Shown here: positions 12,262 through 27,188 of the stretch, one piece after another
Layout of the letters: every line of letters begins with the position of its first letter
Position numbering within the stretch: position 1 is the first letter of the stretch
Assembly (NCBI GenBank): GCA_028534125.1
Contig: CM052817.1
Coordinates: 31,808,001 to 31,872,000 of the forward strand
DNA from: Lama glama
Taxonomy: Eukaryota
Length of the DNA stretch: 64,000 nucleotides
Direction of reading: 5' to 3'
Made by a program: the position numbers and the translations under genes
The notes under the pieces: model-generated
What the model saw: only the letters and a program-made list of their open reading frames with translations
The model's database searches: none
Told to the model about the DNA's origin: nothing

Positions 12262-12461
12262 GATAAATAACAAGATCCTGCTATATAACACAGAGAACTG
12301 CATTCAATATCAATATCCTATAATCAACCATAATAAAGAACAATATAAGGAAGAATATATATGTATAACTGAATCACTTTACTGTACACCAGAAACTAAC
12401 ACAACATTGCAAATCAACTATATTTCAATTTAAAAAAAAGATAAACACACACACACACGCA
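12262..12461 (+). mobile_element. short L1 3' end with 14-bp TSD
   Basis: gataaataacaagatcctgctatataacacagagaact...tgtacaccagaaactaacacaacattg; TSD aaagaaaataggga at 12248-12261 and 12462-12475. Confidence 0.9.
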
Positions 12462-13286
12462 AAAGAAAATAGGGACTTTAGCTGGGAGAAGAAAACTTTA
12501 TCAAATATAGAAAAAGACAGTCTAACCATGAAACATGAATAAGACACTTCTAAAAATGTTCTAATTAAAAAAATACTCCGGAATTAAAAACATTCCAGCA
12601 GATATGAAAAATTCAATAGAAGCATTATTAGAAATCTCCTAGAAAGTGTAACAAAAAAGTGAAAAGAGATGACAAAAATAGATTATAAAGATACAGTATA
12701 AAAGATTTCTAATTATACAGATAAAGTTATTAACATGACAAAAACATTGAACATAAACTGAGTGACATACAATTTCACAGAAATTTAATCTAGGAACAGC
12801 CCAGATATTGCACTGATTTTCAGACGAAGTTACTCCCTCAGGGATGTAGTTTCTTCAACTCAGAATACCACAATAATTATATGTGTACACACAGAAGAAT
12901 ATACACTCACATGATTGGATACTATGTATAATACTAGCCCAAATAATTACAATATTACAGTCATTTCAATAAGTGAGCATTTTTAAATTTACATACTAAT
13001 TATAGTCATTAAAAAAAGCATTTGTTGTCTAGGAATATGTAAATTATATTCTGGTTCTGAACAAGTACCTAAATATATTTCCCTCTATCATATTATGAAT
13101 CCTTACACTGTTGAACTTCTTTGCTCACATGAAGATTTGAAAGGTTTTGCCAAGTTAATTGGGTACACGATCCCTGTTAGCTTTTCTTTATGATGATGTT
13201 TAAAGCAAACAAATGCTCGCTAAAATGAACAATTATGTAAAGCTTCTCTGTTGACACAAAGTCGTCAGCTGTGAACAACTTCTCAC

Positions 13287-13455
13287 CTGAGGTGACAGAA
13301 GGGATTTTGTAGCTGGAAGTGATGCGGTAATACGGGGGGTTATCCATGTGAGTGACCCCAGAACTGACAGGATCGGTCAGCTGTAGCTCACTCACCAGTT
13401 CTTCGAGCAATTGCATTGTTTTGTCTCTACCTAAATAGACAATAACTTTCTTCAC
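13287..13455 (-). CDS. FRYL: FRYL exon 28/38 (VKKVIVYLG...PSVTS)
   Basis: 169 nt, phase 0-1; within ORF 13177..13455. Confidence 0.93.
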
Positions 13456-13899
13456 CTGTCACAAAAGAAATCGTTCAGAAAAGAAAAAGCAAAATTTTTA
13501 TCTCACAAACTTGTCTTGAGACACATTTTATCAGAGTAAGTTCAACTCTAAGTGGTAGGTGAATCAGCACAATCTAAATTTGAACAGACACTGATCAGCA
13601 GTCAGACATTAATTAGTTTTATAAATACTGTTCTGTCCTCTCACCCTCAACATTACACCTAATTAGGGTGACCTGAATATGTTGTTCGGTGGTTTCCATG
13701 AAGTTATCTACCTTCCTTTTTTGCTTTTTCTTTTTGAAAGGCAAAGGATAATTTGCCTTCCTATAAATCAGTTTCTGTTTCAGTGGAAAAGCTTTCAACT
13801 GATACCATTCTAAGTTTTCCCTCATATTTTTATTCACTCATCTTTAAAACTCTGGATTTGTCTTTACTCTGCCTTCCGCAGTCTCTGTATTCAACCAGC

Positions 13900-14125
13900 G
13901 GCACAGAGCGGTGATTAAGAGCGAGGATCTAGAGCAAAACTAGATCTCCAGCCACACAGCCTGGACTGCAGTGTAGACAGAAGTCTTACTAGCCGTGTGA
14001 CCTGGAAAGTCCCCCTCAATTTTCTCTTCTGCAACTGGGCACAAGAGCACCTGCTTCATACAGTTGTTGAGATTAAGTAAACCAAAATATACAGAACACT
14101 TTAAAGATGCCTAGCACATAGTATA
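13900..14125 (+). mobile_element. MIR SINE
   Basis: MIR core tcttactagccgtgtgacctgg...ttttctcttctgcaa...gttgttgagattaa; edges approximate. Confidence 0.65.
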
Positions 14126-14259
14126 GGTTAAATTTGTGAGAACACTTCAGTAGAATACTTTCTATGCACGTCTTAGTAATATTTAATAATAATTTAATAA
14201 TATTGTTGGAATAGGCTGATTGGTTAGTAAGTGATCTCTTTTTTTCCTCCCTACTTTAA

Positions 14260-14413
14260 TTCTTACTACTCAAAATGCAGTCCTCGAAGAACAGCCATCA
14301 TCATCCGGAGCTTGCTAGAAATATGGGCTCTCAGGCGCCACCCCTACCTCCAGAATCAGAACCAGAACGAGATCCCCAGATGATCCACATGCACACAGAT
14401 GTGGGAGCAGCTC
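14260..14413. mobile_element. MER5A-like hAT element
   Basis: gagcttgctagaaatatgggctctcaggcgccacccc...gaatcagaa...gagatccccagatgat. Confidence 0.7.
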
Positions 14414-15049
14414 TCCTTTAGATGACCCCTGGACAGATCTTAAAACATACTTTATAAAATCTGACAACGGTCATCTAATGATTCCTGAACCACACACAGC
14501 TCTTGATCGACCCCACCGGCTCCATGTGCTAATTTTCTGATCTGAGGTTCAGTCTCCTCTGACCACACCAGTGCATTTCTGCCTCTGTGCCTCTGCTCTG
14601 TGAGGATCTCTGAGTTGACACCCTTGACCCTCATCCCAACAAGTCTTCAAGCCCCACCCCCACTCCAGCTGCACTGCCTGCCCAAGAAGCTTCCAATGAC
14701 TTTTCACTAACAGATCTGGGTTGGACTTTCAGCTCCGTTAAGCGACAGAGCTAATGGCTGTATGACTTTGAGGGAATCACTCTTTTCTCTGTCTTATTTT
14801 ATTCATCTGTAAAACTGCTGTTATCTTACCAAACTTACAGATTTCTTCTGAAAATTAAATAATGTAGATGAAGCATTTGCACCATGCCTGGCCTGTAACA
14901 AGTGCTTAAGAAATGACAATTGAGAAATTATTATTATTGTCATTAAAAACAGCTCTTTCAAAATTTCTGGCAAAAGGCTCTTCCCTGAATTTCATCGGCT
15001 TCTTGGAATTATAACTTTGTGCCTGCTTCTAGTGCCAGCCCCAACTCAC

Positions 15050-15545
15050 TAGTTCACCCATCCAGTTTAAGGGCACTTTCCATGTGTCAGGCTCTAGTCC
15101 AGGCTCTGGCAAGGTGGGAATGAGCCAAACAGGCAAAAATTCCTGCTGTTAAGGAGCTCACACTTTATTGGATTTACTGAGGCAAAAGTAATGAGGCAAA
15201 TAAGGAAAATACATAATCAGTTTGATGATAAGTGCTAGGAAAATCAACAAAATAGGGAGAGAAAAGAAGAGCTAAGGTGTAGGGGCGGGCGTTTGCAGCC
15301 TTAGACAAGATGACCAGCAAAGGTGTCAAGGAGAATTGACATTTGAGGAAAAGACCTGAAGGCGATGCTGGAGTGAGCAACTTGGCTGTCGGGTTGGGGA
15401 GCGAAAAGAAAGTAAGCGCCGGGTCCCCCGGGGGGGCTGCCTGGTGTGAGAGCAGGACAGTGATGGGAATGGTGTGGCTGGAGGGCAGGGGGCCTGAGGG
15501 AGAATATGAGGTCATGTGGTCAGAGAGGTCACGTGGCATCATGTT
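15050..15545 (-). mobile_element. L2 3' fragment
   Basis: Reverse L2 motifs (atgtgtcaggctctagtcc, aaggagctcacac, gacatttgaggaaaagacctgaagg); accounts for ORFs 15174..15563 and 15343..15660. Confidence 0.65.
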
Positions 15546-16465
15546 GCTCTGTACCATACACACACCTTTCTCTCAGTGCTTCTCAATGAAGATTAATCCT
15601 GCGACATGCCTTCAGAACAACGCTTTCTGTCATCAAGTTAACTCAGGAAATGCTGTGTAAAGCAAAGCTATTCAATGGTTCCTTTAAAGGAGGATCTGTA
15701 AGAACTTCCAGGGCAACTCTGCAGAGCTAGTCTTCTGGGAATACTACCATGGAGATGCCACTACGTGACTGATAATTACAGCTACAAATGCACATGTGTG
15801 TTTGCGTGCATGCGCGTATATTCAATTTAACCCTCATGGCTGATACTTTCATATTGTAACCTTAACTCGAGCAGATTTAAGTACTGTTTGCCCCTTGAAG
15901 GCCAAGGTTGTTATACACTTCTCTGTATATCCCTCACCATGCCTTCCCTTGCTTCCAGAAGCCTCAGGACGTGATTACCTCGGCACTGAGCTCTCACCTC
16001 CCATCCTGCTCTAATATCCCAATGCCAGCTCCTGATTAAAAAAGACTATCAACATCCTCAATTCTGTGGTATCTGCTCCCATCATCTCTAATCCCCCAGA
16101 CAGAGGTGCTTCCAAGGTTATTCACTCTCAGGATTCTGCAGTTTTCCTTCGTGGTCTTTACCATGACTGTACTTCATTAACCTACTAACTTATTCATTAA
16201 ATAAATTAGACGCAGGTTCAAAGAATAAAATCTGAATCATCCATCAGATTATAATGCCCAGAACACAGAAGAGCACTTGGCCTATAGTAAAGCCAGATGA
16301 TACTTGTTAAGTGAATCAACGAATAAATCCATGCTAGTTCCTGACTGTCCTCATCCTGGCCCTTGCTTTGCCTCTGCTGGTCTACTGCTGCCCAGACTCT
16401 GACATAAGACACTGGGTGTACGTATATATTTAGAAAAAAAAAAGTAAATGAACTTGAGCACATAC

Positions 16466-16606
16466 GTAAGGCAAGAGGCTTGGTTCACTATTCACTCCAC
16501 AAATGCTGATCAAAAAGTGCAAAATGATTTTCAGGTTTTTTGGCCAGCCGTCTGCGAGTGTGGTCCACACGTTCTCCACCTCTGACCAGGCCAGCTCGTC
16601 ACCATA
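16466..16606 (-). CDS. FRYL: FRYL exon 27/38 (YGDELAWSEV...SLLPY)
   Basis: 141 nt, phase 0-0. Confidence 0.93.
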
Positions 16607-16915
16607 CTAGATGCAAGATACACAAGACACTCTTCAGTGACGACTGTATTCAGTACAAAACTCGTCACATCATGAAATATCAGAAAACAATGTTTTCACT
16701 GACAGCTTTAATCTTTTCCACACTTTAGAGGAATAATCAACAAATCTAAACACAAGTGTCATTAGTCACATGATTTGAGTACCTCCTTGCAAAAAATATA
16801 TATCCCAATGAGAAGTTTTTTAAAGAAAGGGATTTATTTATAACATACACTTGTTTGGTTATTACAGCATTATCCAACCTCTTCCATCTATTTCTAACCC
16901 GTTTACTCCTCCTCA

Positions 16916-17284
<369 letters not shown>

Positions 17285-17492
17285 TTAAATTAGCTTAAAA
17301 AATTAAAAATTTAATTGTTTAATTCTTAAGGAATGGCAAGCCAGGTTTTATTCATTACATTTAAGAATTATGAGCACTGTTTCTCCTTTTAATAAATTTG
17401 ACCTTGAATGACATCATAAAGATAACAGCTAACACATATCAAATTCTTACTTTTTACATAAAATATCTTTGGTGATTAAGAAAAATAAATGT

Positions 17493-18084
17493 TTGTACAC
17501 TATCAGTGGGATTGTAAAATGGTGTGACTGCTGTGGAAAATATAATCGTTACTCAAAAAATTAAAAACAGAAATATCATATAAGCTAGCGATCCCACTTC
17601 TGAGTATATAACAAAAGAACTGAAAGCAAGGTCTTGAAGAGATACTTGCACAATCAAGCTCATAGCAGCACTATTCACAATGGCCAAAAGACAGAAGCAA
17701 TTCAAAAGTCCATTGACAGATGAATGAATAAACATAGTATGGTATATACATATGATAGAATACAATGCAGCCTTAAAAAGGAAGGAAATCCTGTTACTTG
17801 TTACAACATGGATGAACTTTGAGGACATTATGCTAAGTGAAATAAGCCAGTCATAAAGCCACAAATACTGTATAATTTCACTTCCATGAGGTATCTAACA
17901 CAGTCAAATCCAGGGCTGGAGGAAGTTTGGGAAAAGGGGAGCTATGGTTTAGTGGGTATAAAGTTTCAGTTTTGTAGGATGAAAAATTTCTGGAAATCTG
18001 TTTCATATTTAACACTACCGAACTGTACAGTTAAAATGATTAATACAGTAAATTGTGCTTTTTACCACAATAAATACATGTAAT
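17493..18084 (+). mobile_element. L1 3' end (older L1M-type)
   Basis: tacactatcagtgggattgtaaaatggtg...ttttaccacaataaa; candidate TSD aaataaatgt at 17483-17492 and 18085-18094. Confidence 0.88.
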
Positions 18085-18429
18085 AAATAAATGTAACATA
18101 AAAAGCAACCTTTATACATGGATTAATTTAAATGAAGTAGCCCACATATTTTGGTTCTGTCTAGGGGAAATGTCTATGATGTGCTTGTTACTTTAACATT
18201 CACCTCACTTAATGCTCATGACAAACCTATGAGGTGGACAGTCTGAACAACCCACCCAATGTCAGACAATGATCAAGTGGCAGAGGCTTAAAATGCAAGG
18301 TTGATTCCAAAGCCCACGAGTTTTTATATATATTGTTTACTTTCCATGAATCACTTTAAGTAAAAATCTTTTTTTCTCCTCAAGCCCCCTTTTGCCCACT
18401 AGGTCTTAAAACTATTTACTCATTAGAAG

Positions 18430-18650
18430 GACTGACTATGGAAGTGCAGTGATTTGGAACTTGGCTCTGGAATCACACACACCTGGGTTTGAATCCCAGC
18501 TCTATCACATACATACAGGTTGACCCAGGGTCTACCTGTCAACCTCTGATTCTCAACTTATTCTGTAAGAAAGTAACAAAAGTAGTTGTGTCATAGTTAT
18601 TGTGCAAATTAAACACACTGCTCAGGCCAGTGCCTTGCACATATTTATGC
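18430..18650 (+). mobile_element. MIR SINE
   Basis: ggctctggaatcacac...cctgggtttgaatcccagctctatcac...aacctctgattctcaa; edges approximate. Confidence 0.7.
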
Positions 18651-19006
18651 TCAATTCTAACTTTTTACAAGAACCCCTTCTATTGAGTAGGTTGATATAA
18701 TTGCCACAAGTATGAAATATTAGCCCAGGAACTCTGAAAGCAGTTGAATGAAGGGATCCTGGACGGGGGAGAGTACATGCACACGGGAGTTGGGGCCAAG
18801 GCAGCACCCACTGCCATCCTGACCAATTCTATGACCTCTGAGATCCAGCTGGGCCCCTCTGATTTCTGTGCTGGAACCTCCAGAAGAAGCCTAGCAGCAG
18901 CAAAATAAGCATTCACAGCGGTCACTACTTTGTGTTGATGACCACCCACGTCCATCTTGAAAGGGTTGTCAAGACAGGGGCAGTTGGGGAGAGGAGGGGG
19001 CGTGAC

Positions 19007-19026
19007 TGCTGCCATCTACTGGGGCA
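19007..19026 (-). promoter_or_regulatory. candidate CTCF core site
   Basis: Minus strand TGCCCCAGTAGATGGCAGCA; motif match only. Confidence 0.45.
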
Positions 19027-19963
19027 GACCAAACACGTGCGCTGCTTTAAACACTGAATGTTAGTTGAATTGTTTTTTTCCCCAACTCAGTCAGTTAGGG
19101 ATGGGAAACAAACTACCTCCACCTCTGAAATAAGCACTGTGGAAAGACGCATAAAGATGTCTCAAGCCCAGATGAAAAGGATCCACAGCGGAACCCTGTT
19201 ATCCGCTGGAGGCCAGTTCGGGCGCACTTCTAGTACCCAGACTAAAACAAGATCTTGCTGAGGGTGAAGAGCAGAAGAACTAGCTGAGTGTCTTTTGTGT
19301 TATAATGAAAGCCTTTCAGTTAAAGGATAAAGCACTATGCGGGCATCTGCAACAATGCTCCCTGGGCAGAAGGTTAAGCTGGATGAATCCCAAATTGTCC
19401 TAACTCTGAGCCCTGGGAGACCCAGGAAGATAGGACATTTTGCCTGACACACAGACCCTATGTTTTAGAAACTCCTGGCAGGAATGTTTTTTGGCCCCAA
19501 GGAAAGGAAACTGGACCAAAAGCAACATGGGATCCTAGCGACAGTTTTACTTAAGGCAGTGAAGAAACTTTCCCTATGATTAGAGGGAATCATTCTCATT
19601 TTTATTATTAAAGGCAGACCAGTACATAAGATAAGCCACATACTAGAAGATTCAGGAAGTCCTATGTTTATTACAGAAATATTTTAAAAAATTGCCTGTG
19701 AAGTCCCCTCCTACTCCCCCACCCTTCGCTGGGGTGGAGCCAAGGATGGAGATCGAAGTTAGAATCCCCGTGAGGATTTAACAGGAAATCTCAGTATCTT
19801 GGTAGAGCAGTGTTAAGAGTTCATATTAAAGGGAAAAAAGTCTCTTATATACACACGTTTTGTCTTAATTCAACCTCAAATTTCATATATTTAAAATTTC
19901 CTAAAAATAGATTTTTAGAAATGATTGTTAAAGAAAAATTACTAACCAGTTCAATGGTCATAC

Positions 19964-20132
19964 CTGAGAACATGGCGAGAGTTAGCTCAGGATATGCCCG
20001 TGCTAATTCCTCGGACAACTGATAATATGAAACGGAATACAGATGTGGCAGAGGAGACAGCTGGCTGAGTACTCCATCTGTTCTCTGAACCTCCAATTTG
20101 TGAGCATAGCGAAACATCTTCGGTTCCAGGAT
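19964..20132 (-). CDS. FRYL: FRYL exon 25/38 (ILEPKMFRY...LAMFS)
   Basis: 169 nt, phase 0-1. Confidence 0.93.
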
Positions 20133-21035
20133 CTGCAGGAATGCAATCCATCAATTTAAGATTTTTATGGGTTCTCTAAATTTCAGCTCTAATTAAAACA
20201 GTAAAATCTTCTCCCAAGAAATATTCCAGTTTAAAAGTTATATAGCTATATATGTTGCAAAGTTTTTCAGATGCTAATTTCTAATTCCAAGAAATGGTTA
20301 TAAAAGATCTACAACTCTTTACAAGGCTTTACACTCCCTGTGTTGAATGCCAGTGATGTGGGTTAGTAGCCTAGTTTGAAAATAACTCCAGCAATTTAAC
20401 ATACAATTACTTGAAGAAGATTTACCACTTTTCCAGTTCAAAACTCTGACTATATAAAAACATGTATACATGAAAAAAGTTCTTCAAACCTGTCTTGGTT
20501 AATCACAGATTAAATATGGAATATAAGCTAAAGGTTCTTTTGACATTACACTACACACAGAGCTACACTACTCAACTTTCTTCTTAATTAAGACATTAGG
20601 CTATAATTCCTAAGATGGTCCCTACCAGCCCCAGTACTACTTCAAACTCCAGAAGAATCAGCATCTCCTTGAATCCCAGGCTTAACCCTTGGTTAAGAGG
20701 GTGAAGAACTACATCCTACTATCAGTGGATGATCTTATACCCACGCTTGGTAAGTTAACTCTCAAACACTTGACTCACATTATTCTTATCTGCTGAACAG
20801 AAGTAGTTAAATGCACGCATAGGCCCTCCCCACACAACTTTTGTAAGTACTCACATACACACACAGAGATGCAACACACAGGTGAGTGCAGGGGGTATTA
20901 CACATGGCCCCTACAATACACTTCTCAGTAGTTTACATTATTTATAGACTTAAATCACTCATATGATCTTAGTTTTCTATTTCTAATGATAATTAGGAAT
21001 AGACACCATACTCCACTATTAAAGGCAAAGCTGAA

Positions 21036-21188
21036 CAGGGAGCTATGTTCAATTTCTTGTAATAACATATAGTGGAAAAGAAAACATATGTATGTATGTA
21101 TAGGTATAACTGACTCACTTTGCTGTACACCTGAAACTAACATTGTAAATCAACTATACTTCCATAAAAAAGAAAAAAAATAGCAAAT
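21036..21188 (+). mobile_element. short L1 3' end
   Basis: cagggagctatgttcaat...gactcactttgctgtacacctgaaactaac + A tail; TSD aaagctgaa at 21027-21035 and 21189-21197. Confidence 0.88.
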
Positions 21189-21213
21189 AAAGCTGAATAT
21201 CAGTGTACTTTCA

Positions 21214-21420
<207 letters not shown>

Positions 21421-21552
21421 TTAGAGCTTTTCACACCAGTTCATAAATAGGATATAAAGGGCAAGGCTGCAGGCATGTAGCTGACTGGTTTTTTTTTCCC
21501 CTAAGGCAATAGGTACAACAGATGCACGGTGATCATTATCCTTATTTGGTTA

Positions 21553-21855
<303 letters not shown>

Positions 21856-22568
21856 TTATTTAACTGTCCATATCTCCATATTTTTATTAAAATTATATAG
21901 TGCTTATATTCATTGCATTTAATCACAAAACTCAAGTCTTTCTTTTTGTTCAACTCTTTCTCATTTTATTCAGCCAGCAGAAAAAATGACATAGGAAAAT
22001 TATACTTGGTCTCCTGCTTTTTATGTAAGACTCTGAGTGGCACAATTCTCTCCTCCAGTGGAGCCCCGGAGGTGGCTGATGAATATGAATAGTGATTAAG
22101 TGCTTTCAGAAAAGTGAGTTATTAACCTCTCCAGTTATTTTTATCAAGCCTTATTCTTGTTTTTGATAACCCAATAGAAAAATTATTTTGAGGGGGAAAA
22201 ATGTGGGGGGAAAATGTAAGCCTTATTTTAAATTATATAGTGTATGTGTACAGTATGAGGGTAAGGTGGGCAAGAAGTAGGGAGTGTAAGAAAGAACGAT
22301 TAATTGGAGAGTGGCCACAAAAATTAAATTAAACATAGCAAATAACATATTTCTTCCATGGAGCTCATTGTATTCTACATCAATAATTTTTTATAGACAT
22401 AGAACCCTATCTGTGGGAGATACACCCACTACTATATTAATCCCATAATATAAAAGAGAAATTAAAATTATTCAAATGAGTACTACATAAGAATTAGAAA
22501 TTTATTAGACTATAGTATCCAATTTAATTTGATACATTTTGCATATAATTCTAACCTATCTTATTTTA

Positions 22569-22778
<210 letters not shown>

Positions 22779-23298
22779 TTAGAATTACATTTAAAACATT
22801 TAAGAGGTTAAATGTTGGTTGCTTAATGAGAAGTAGCAGAATATTTCACTCATGCTTACTTAGCCACAAAAATCTTTAATTTTTTTCTTTATAAAGAAAA
22901 GCATAATAGTAATTTTTGAAACTAAGAAATTTACTATGAGTAGTAAGTAAATATCATGATACCAAATCAGATATGGAGTTTGAACAGTACTGAAGAGAAG
23001 GGGGAAAAAAAGATCAAGAGAAAGTATTTAAGTAAGAAAGAAACAGGTATTTCTTTGAGGCAATCCTCAATTCTTTATGAGAATGGCTTCCAATTATGGT
23101 AGATTCTGAAACTTTTTTTGCATTGTATTTATGTACTTAAATGAACTTACAGTATAAGTGTTTGAATACAGCAGGCAAATATTATATTCTAATACTCTCA
23201 GGTAGTCGGAAGAAATCCTATCCTTTTTATAACACCAGGCACCGAGAGACAAAAAAAAATTTTACTCTTAACGTAAGAAAAAAGAAATAAGATTTCTA

Positions 23299-23574
<276 letters not shown>

Positions 23575-24461
23575 TCATTTTGACCTACGCCATAAACAGA
23601 AATTATTTACATATATGTAAATCACAGAAACAAAGTTGCAGTCTATGTCAAGTTGCAATCTACGTCATCATGTTGTACAGTATTACATGAGATGCAGCAT
23701 TATGTGAAACACGGCATCTTGACAAGCAGATTTCATGGCAGTCACGTTGCCTGGAGGCTGGCACAGAGCGGGAGTCAGGACCCTGCTTCTCCCTGGGCTG
23801 TTGCTGACTACATGGCAACCTTGGCCAAAACATTATCACAAACACACCCTGGATTTTGGTGTGGTAAGGGAGAGCTTTGGACTATATAAATTGTTTTCAG
23901 CTATAAAAGGATTGTAACACGGAATCCTGATATACATAACACACAACAGGGGAGTTGACCTATTTGCAGTGAAGTGTGAGGCCAGGGGTCCAAACCCATT
24001 TTGCTGCCTTTTGCTAGTGGTTTAGATGATTTCTAAGGATTCTTTCCACTTTAAAAATCTACTCTGCAAGTTCTCTGCATCAATCCTTTTTGAAGAAACT
24101 CAACAGTATCATAATGAGCCAAAGTAGAAACTGTAGACAATTATATCTTTACATCAGTAAGCTTCAGATCAGAAAATTTAGAGGAAAAAGCGCTCTTTTC
24201 CACTACATAGCACCATTTATCCCTAAAGTTCAAAACAGGGTTCCTGCACTTGAAATTAAAGTGCCTAAGAGGTGCTTACAGGACCCTTCTATAAAATACA
24301 ACCCATGCTCTTACCTTGAAAAGTCAACTATTTGCATATACTTTTTTTCACTGGCATATAATTTTTAAGGTAACAAAATAACGTTAATTCTTTCCCAGAA
24401 AGAAAAAGAAATATTTGTATTTACACTGTATATCAAAGGCTATAACCACATTTTTACACTT

Positions 24462-24514
24462 GTACCTCCTCCAAAAATAAATGAATAAATAAATAAGCCT
24501 AATTATCAAAAAAA
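24462..24514 (+). mobile_element. probable 5'-truncated Vic-1-like SINE tail
   Basis: gtacctcc...aaataaataagcctaatta + A run resembles the camelid SINE 3' end as recalled; a similar remnant lies near 30852-30904. Confidence 0.4.
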
Positions 24515-24991
24515 TTTTAAAAATGCAAATTGCAAATGTTAATCTTCTTACTGCCTAAACCAGTTCCTGGCATATAGTATGTGCACAATAATAGGCATAT
24601 ACCTATTAGAGGAATCAATGAGTCACACTGTATCCTTATTACACTCTACATCTATGCCTACACCTTTCTCCTATTATTTAAAAATATCTTGTTAATTCTA
24701 CTCTCAATTACAACTTGGAACATTATGTTCATTGTCCAGTCTGTCTGGAACAAATTTGTCCAAAACACTTATCCTACTGATTTCTTCAAATTTTTGTTAG
24801 TCTTGGTTATCACTGAAAATCTATATTGGGTTGGTTTTTAATTTTTGTCATCGACACTAACTCAAAGGTAAAACAAACTTGCCATCCATGTTATGCTGAC
24901 ATATTTTTGAGATGTTCACAAGGTGCTTGTCCACTTAGATTACAAAACCTCAGAAGGAGAAAAAAATACAATGGCCCCTTAATATTCATTA

Positions 24992-25225
<234 letters not shown>

Positions 25226-26360
25226 TTATAATTTATGTCCAAATAAATTCCTAATAATATAAATCAGGATACTATATATTAAACTTTGCAGAGTCATGGT
25301 AAGCAATTCAAAGCATTTTAGTAATTTGGTTAAGTTTTCCTTGTTATATTTGAAAAGGACCTCTAAAATGTATCATTTTAAAAGTAAAAAATTTTTAAAC
25401 AGCTGTGAATAGTTTTTTAATAAATATACTAAAACATGAAAGTAAGAGGATTCACAATGGTACTGCAGTATATTAAAAATATCAGTCTACAACAATAAAA
25501 ATATGTTGAATGAATTCATGATGAAATTTTTCCCTTCATTCCTTAAAAAAATGTTTTTAAACTCTCAGTATGACTTCTTAGTGGCTGGGAAACCAACTTG
25601 GTAGACTGTTACCTGGCCCAGAATAAAACGGTCATTCATGTAACAAAAGATTCACTGAGTATCTACTATGCATCAGGCCCCTAGGATTGACTGGGTGAAC
25701 AAAAAAAGATCTCTGCTTTCTTGCCATTGAGAATTCAACTTTTTTTCCTTAATTAAGAAAATTAAAAGTCCATAATATTGATAATTTTACATTGATTTCT
25801 CTTTTAAAAAAAAAAGAAAGAAAAGAAATCCAAAAACAAAACATGCAACTGTGTTCAAAACCATTACTGCTCAAAAGTGAGTACAGCTTTTGTGGTTCAA
25901 TTTTAAATATGCCAACATCTTGCAGTTCTCCAAAACAACACCATTCAAAGATTCCTCATTCACTCACATTACATTAAAAGCAATCAAAAAAAGAAAAAAA
26001 AATGAGATTCAGATGTGTATCAGCTTAATTTTTTTTTTGCATTAAGCTCAGCAAGTGTTAAAGTCACTTTGGCTATCTTTCACTGTTTTATTTTTGTGGA
26101 GGACAAAAAAAAGCTATGTTTCTTTTTTCTTTATTTTCATTTGCTTTTCATTTACTGTAAAAGGAAAGTAAATCAATGGTTTAAATTCTGTTTGATTAAC
26201 TTGTGTTTTGCAAGCACTTGTCAAAAGCATTTGATGTTAAATATGAAAGGTGTAAGGCACACTAAGAAATAAATGATTAGAACAAATGGTAAAGTAACAA
26301 TACTACACTTGTTTTATTATTAATTTTTTTTCCCCTCAGGATCTCTTTTCTGTTACCTCT

Positions 26361-26397
26361 TTGGAAGTCCAATGCGCTATCCATTGCGCAATAGACC
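26361..26397 (-). pseudogene. 5'-half tRNA-Arg(TCT) retrocopy (tailless retropseudogene)
   Basis: Minus strand GGTCTATTGCGCAATGGATAGCGCATTGGACTTCCAA matches the tRNA-Arg-TCT 5' half as recalled; flanked by direct repeats gttacctctt(t)tggaa. Confidence 0.8.
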
Positions 26398-27038
26398 GTT
26401 ACCTCTTTTGGAAATGGTCAGATTCTTTTTTTTTTTTCCCTCTCTTTCTTCAATGGTCAGGCAACACCTTTACCCACCTAAGGAAATAGTTATTTCTCAA
26501 CACAAATCTGATAGAATTTTCCCTGAGAGGCTGGTCTCAGTGTCAAGATGCCTTTACTTTACCAATAACTTCAGATTTTACATTTATATTTGTGAAGAGT
26601 GGAAACAGGAATTATGGCTTTGGATTTCATATTTTTTCCCAGCATGATAGATTAACAGTTTATTGAAATAAATTTATAAACTTTATGAAGTTTAGCCTTT
26701 AAACATATGATTTTTACAACTCCAGAAGAAATAGATCTTAAGAACAAAGTAAGAGACAGTCAAATCAGTAACCAAAAAAAAAAAAGCTACTATCTACTTG
26801 CTTAGATTACTAGATCCCAATAAATATCAAAATCATAGAAACATTATACCCCATTTTTGTTGAAGCAGTCTGTACCAGGGGCAGATCTTCAACACATTTT
26901 CAGCCATGGGTTAATGGACCAGAGCATCTTTGGGAAATGTTTACAGTGGTGCAGAGTTTTTTGTTGTTGTTGCAAAGGTGCTTTTCTGTTTTTATATATT
27001 TCAAAAGACAAAAAATATTATGTTCCCTAATCATTCTA

Positions 27039-27188
<150 letters not shown>

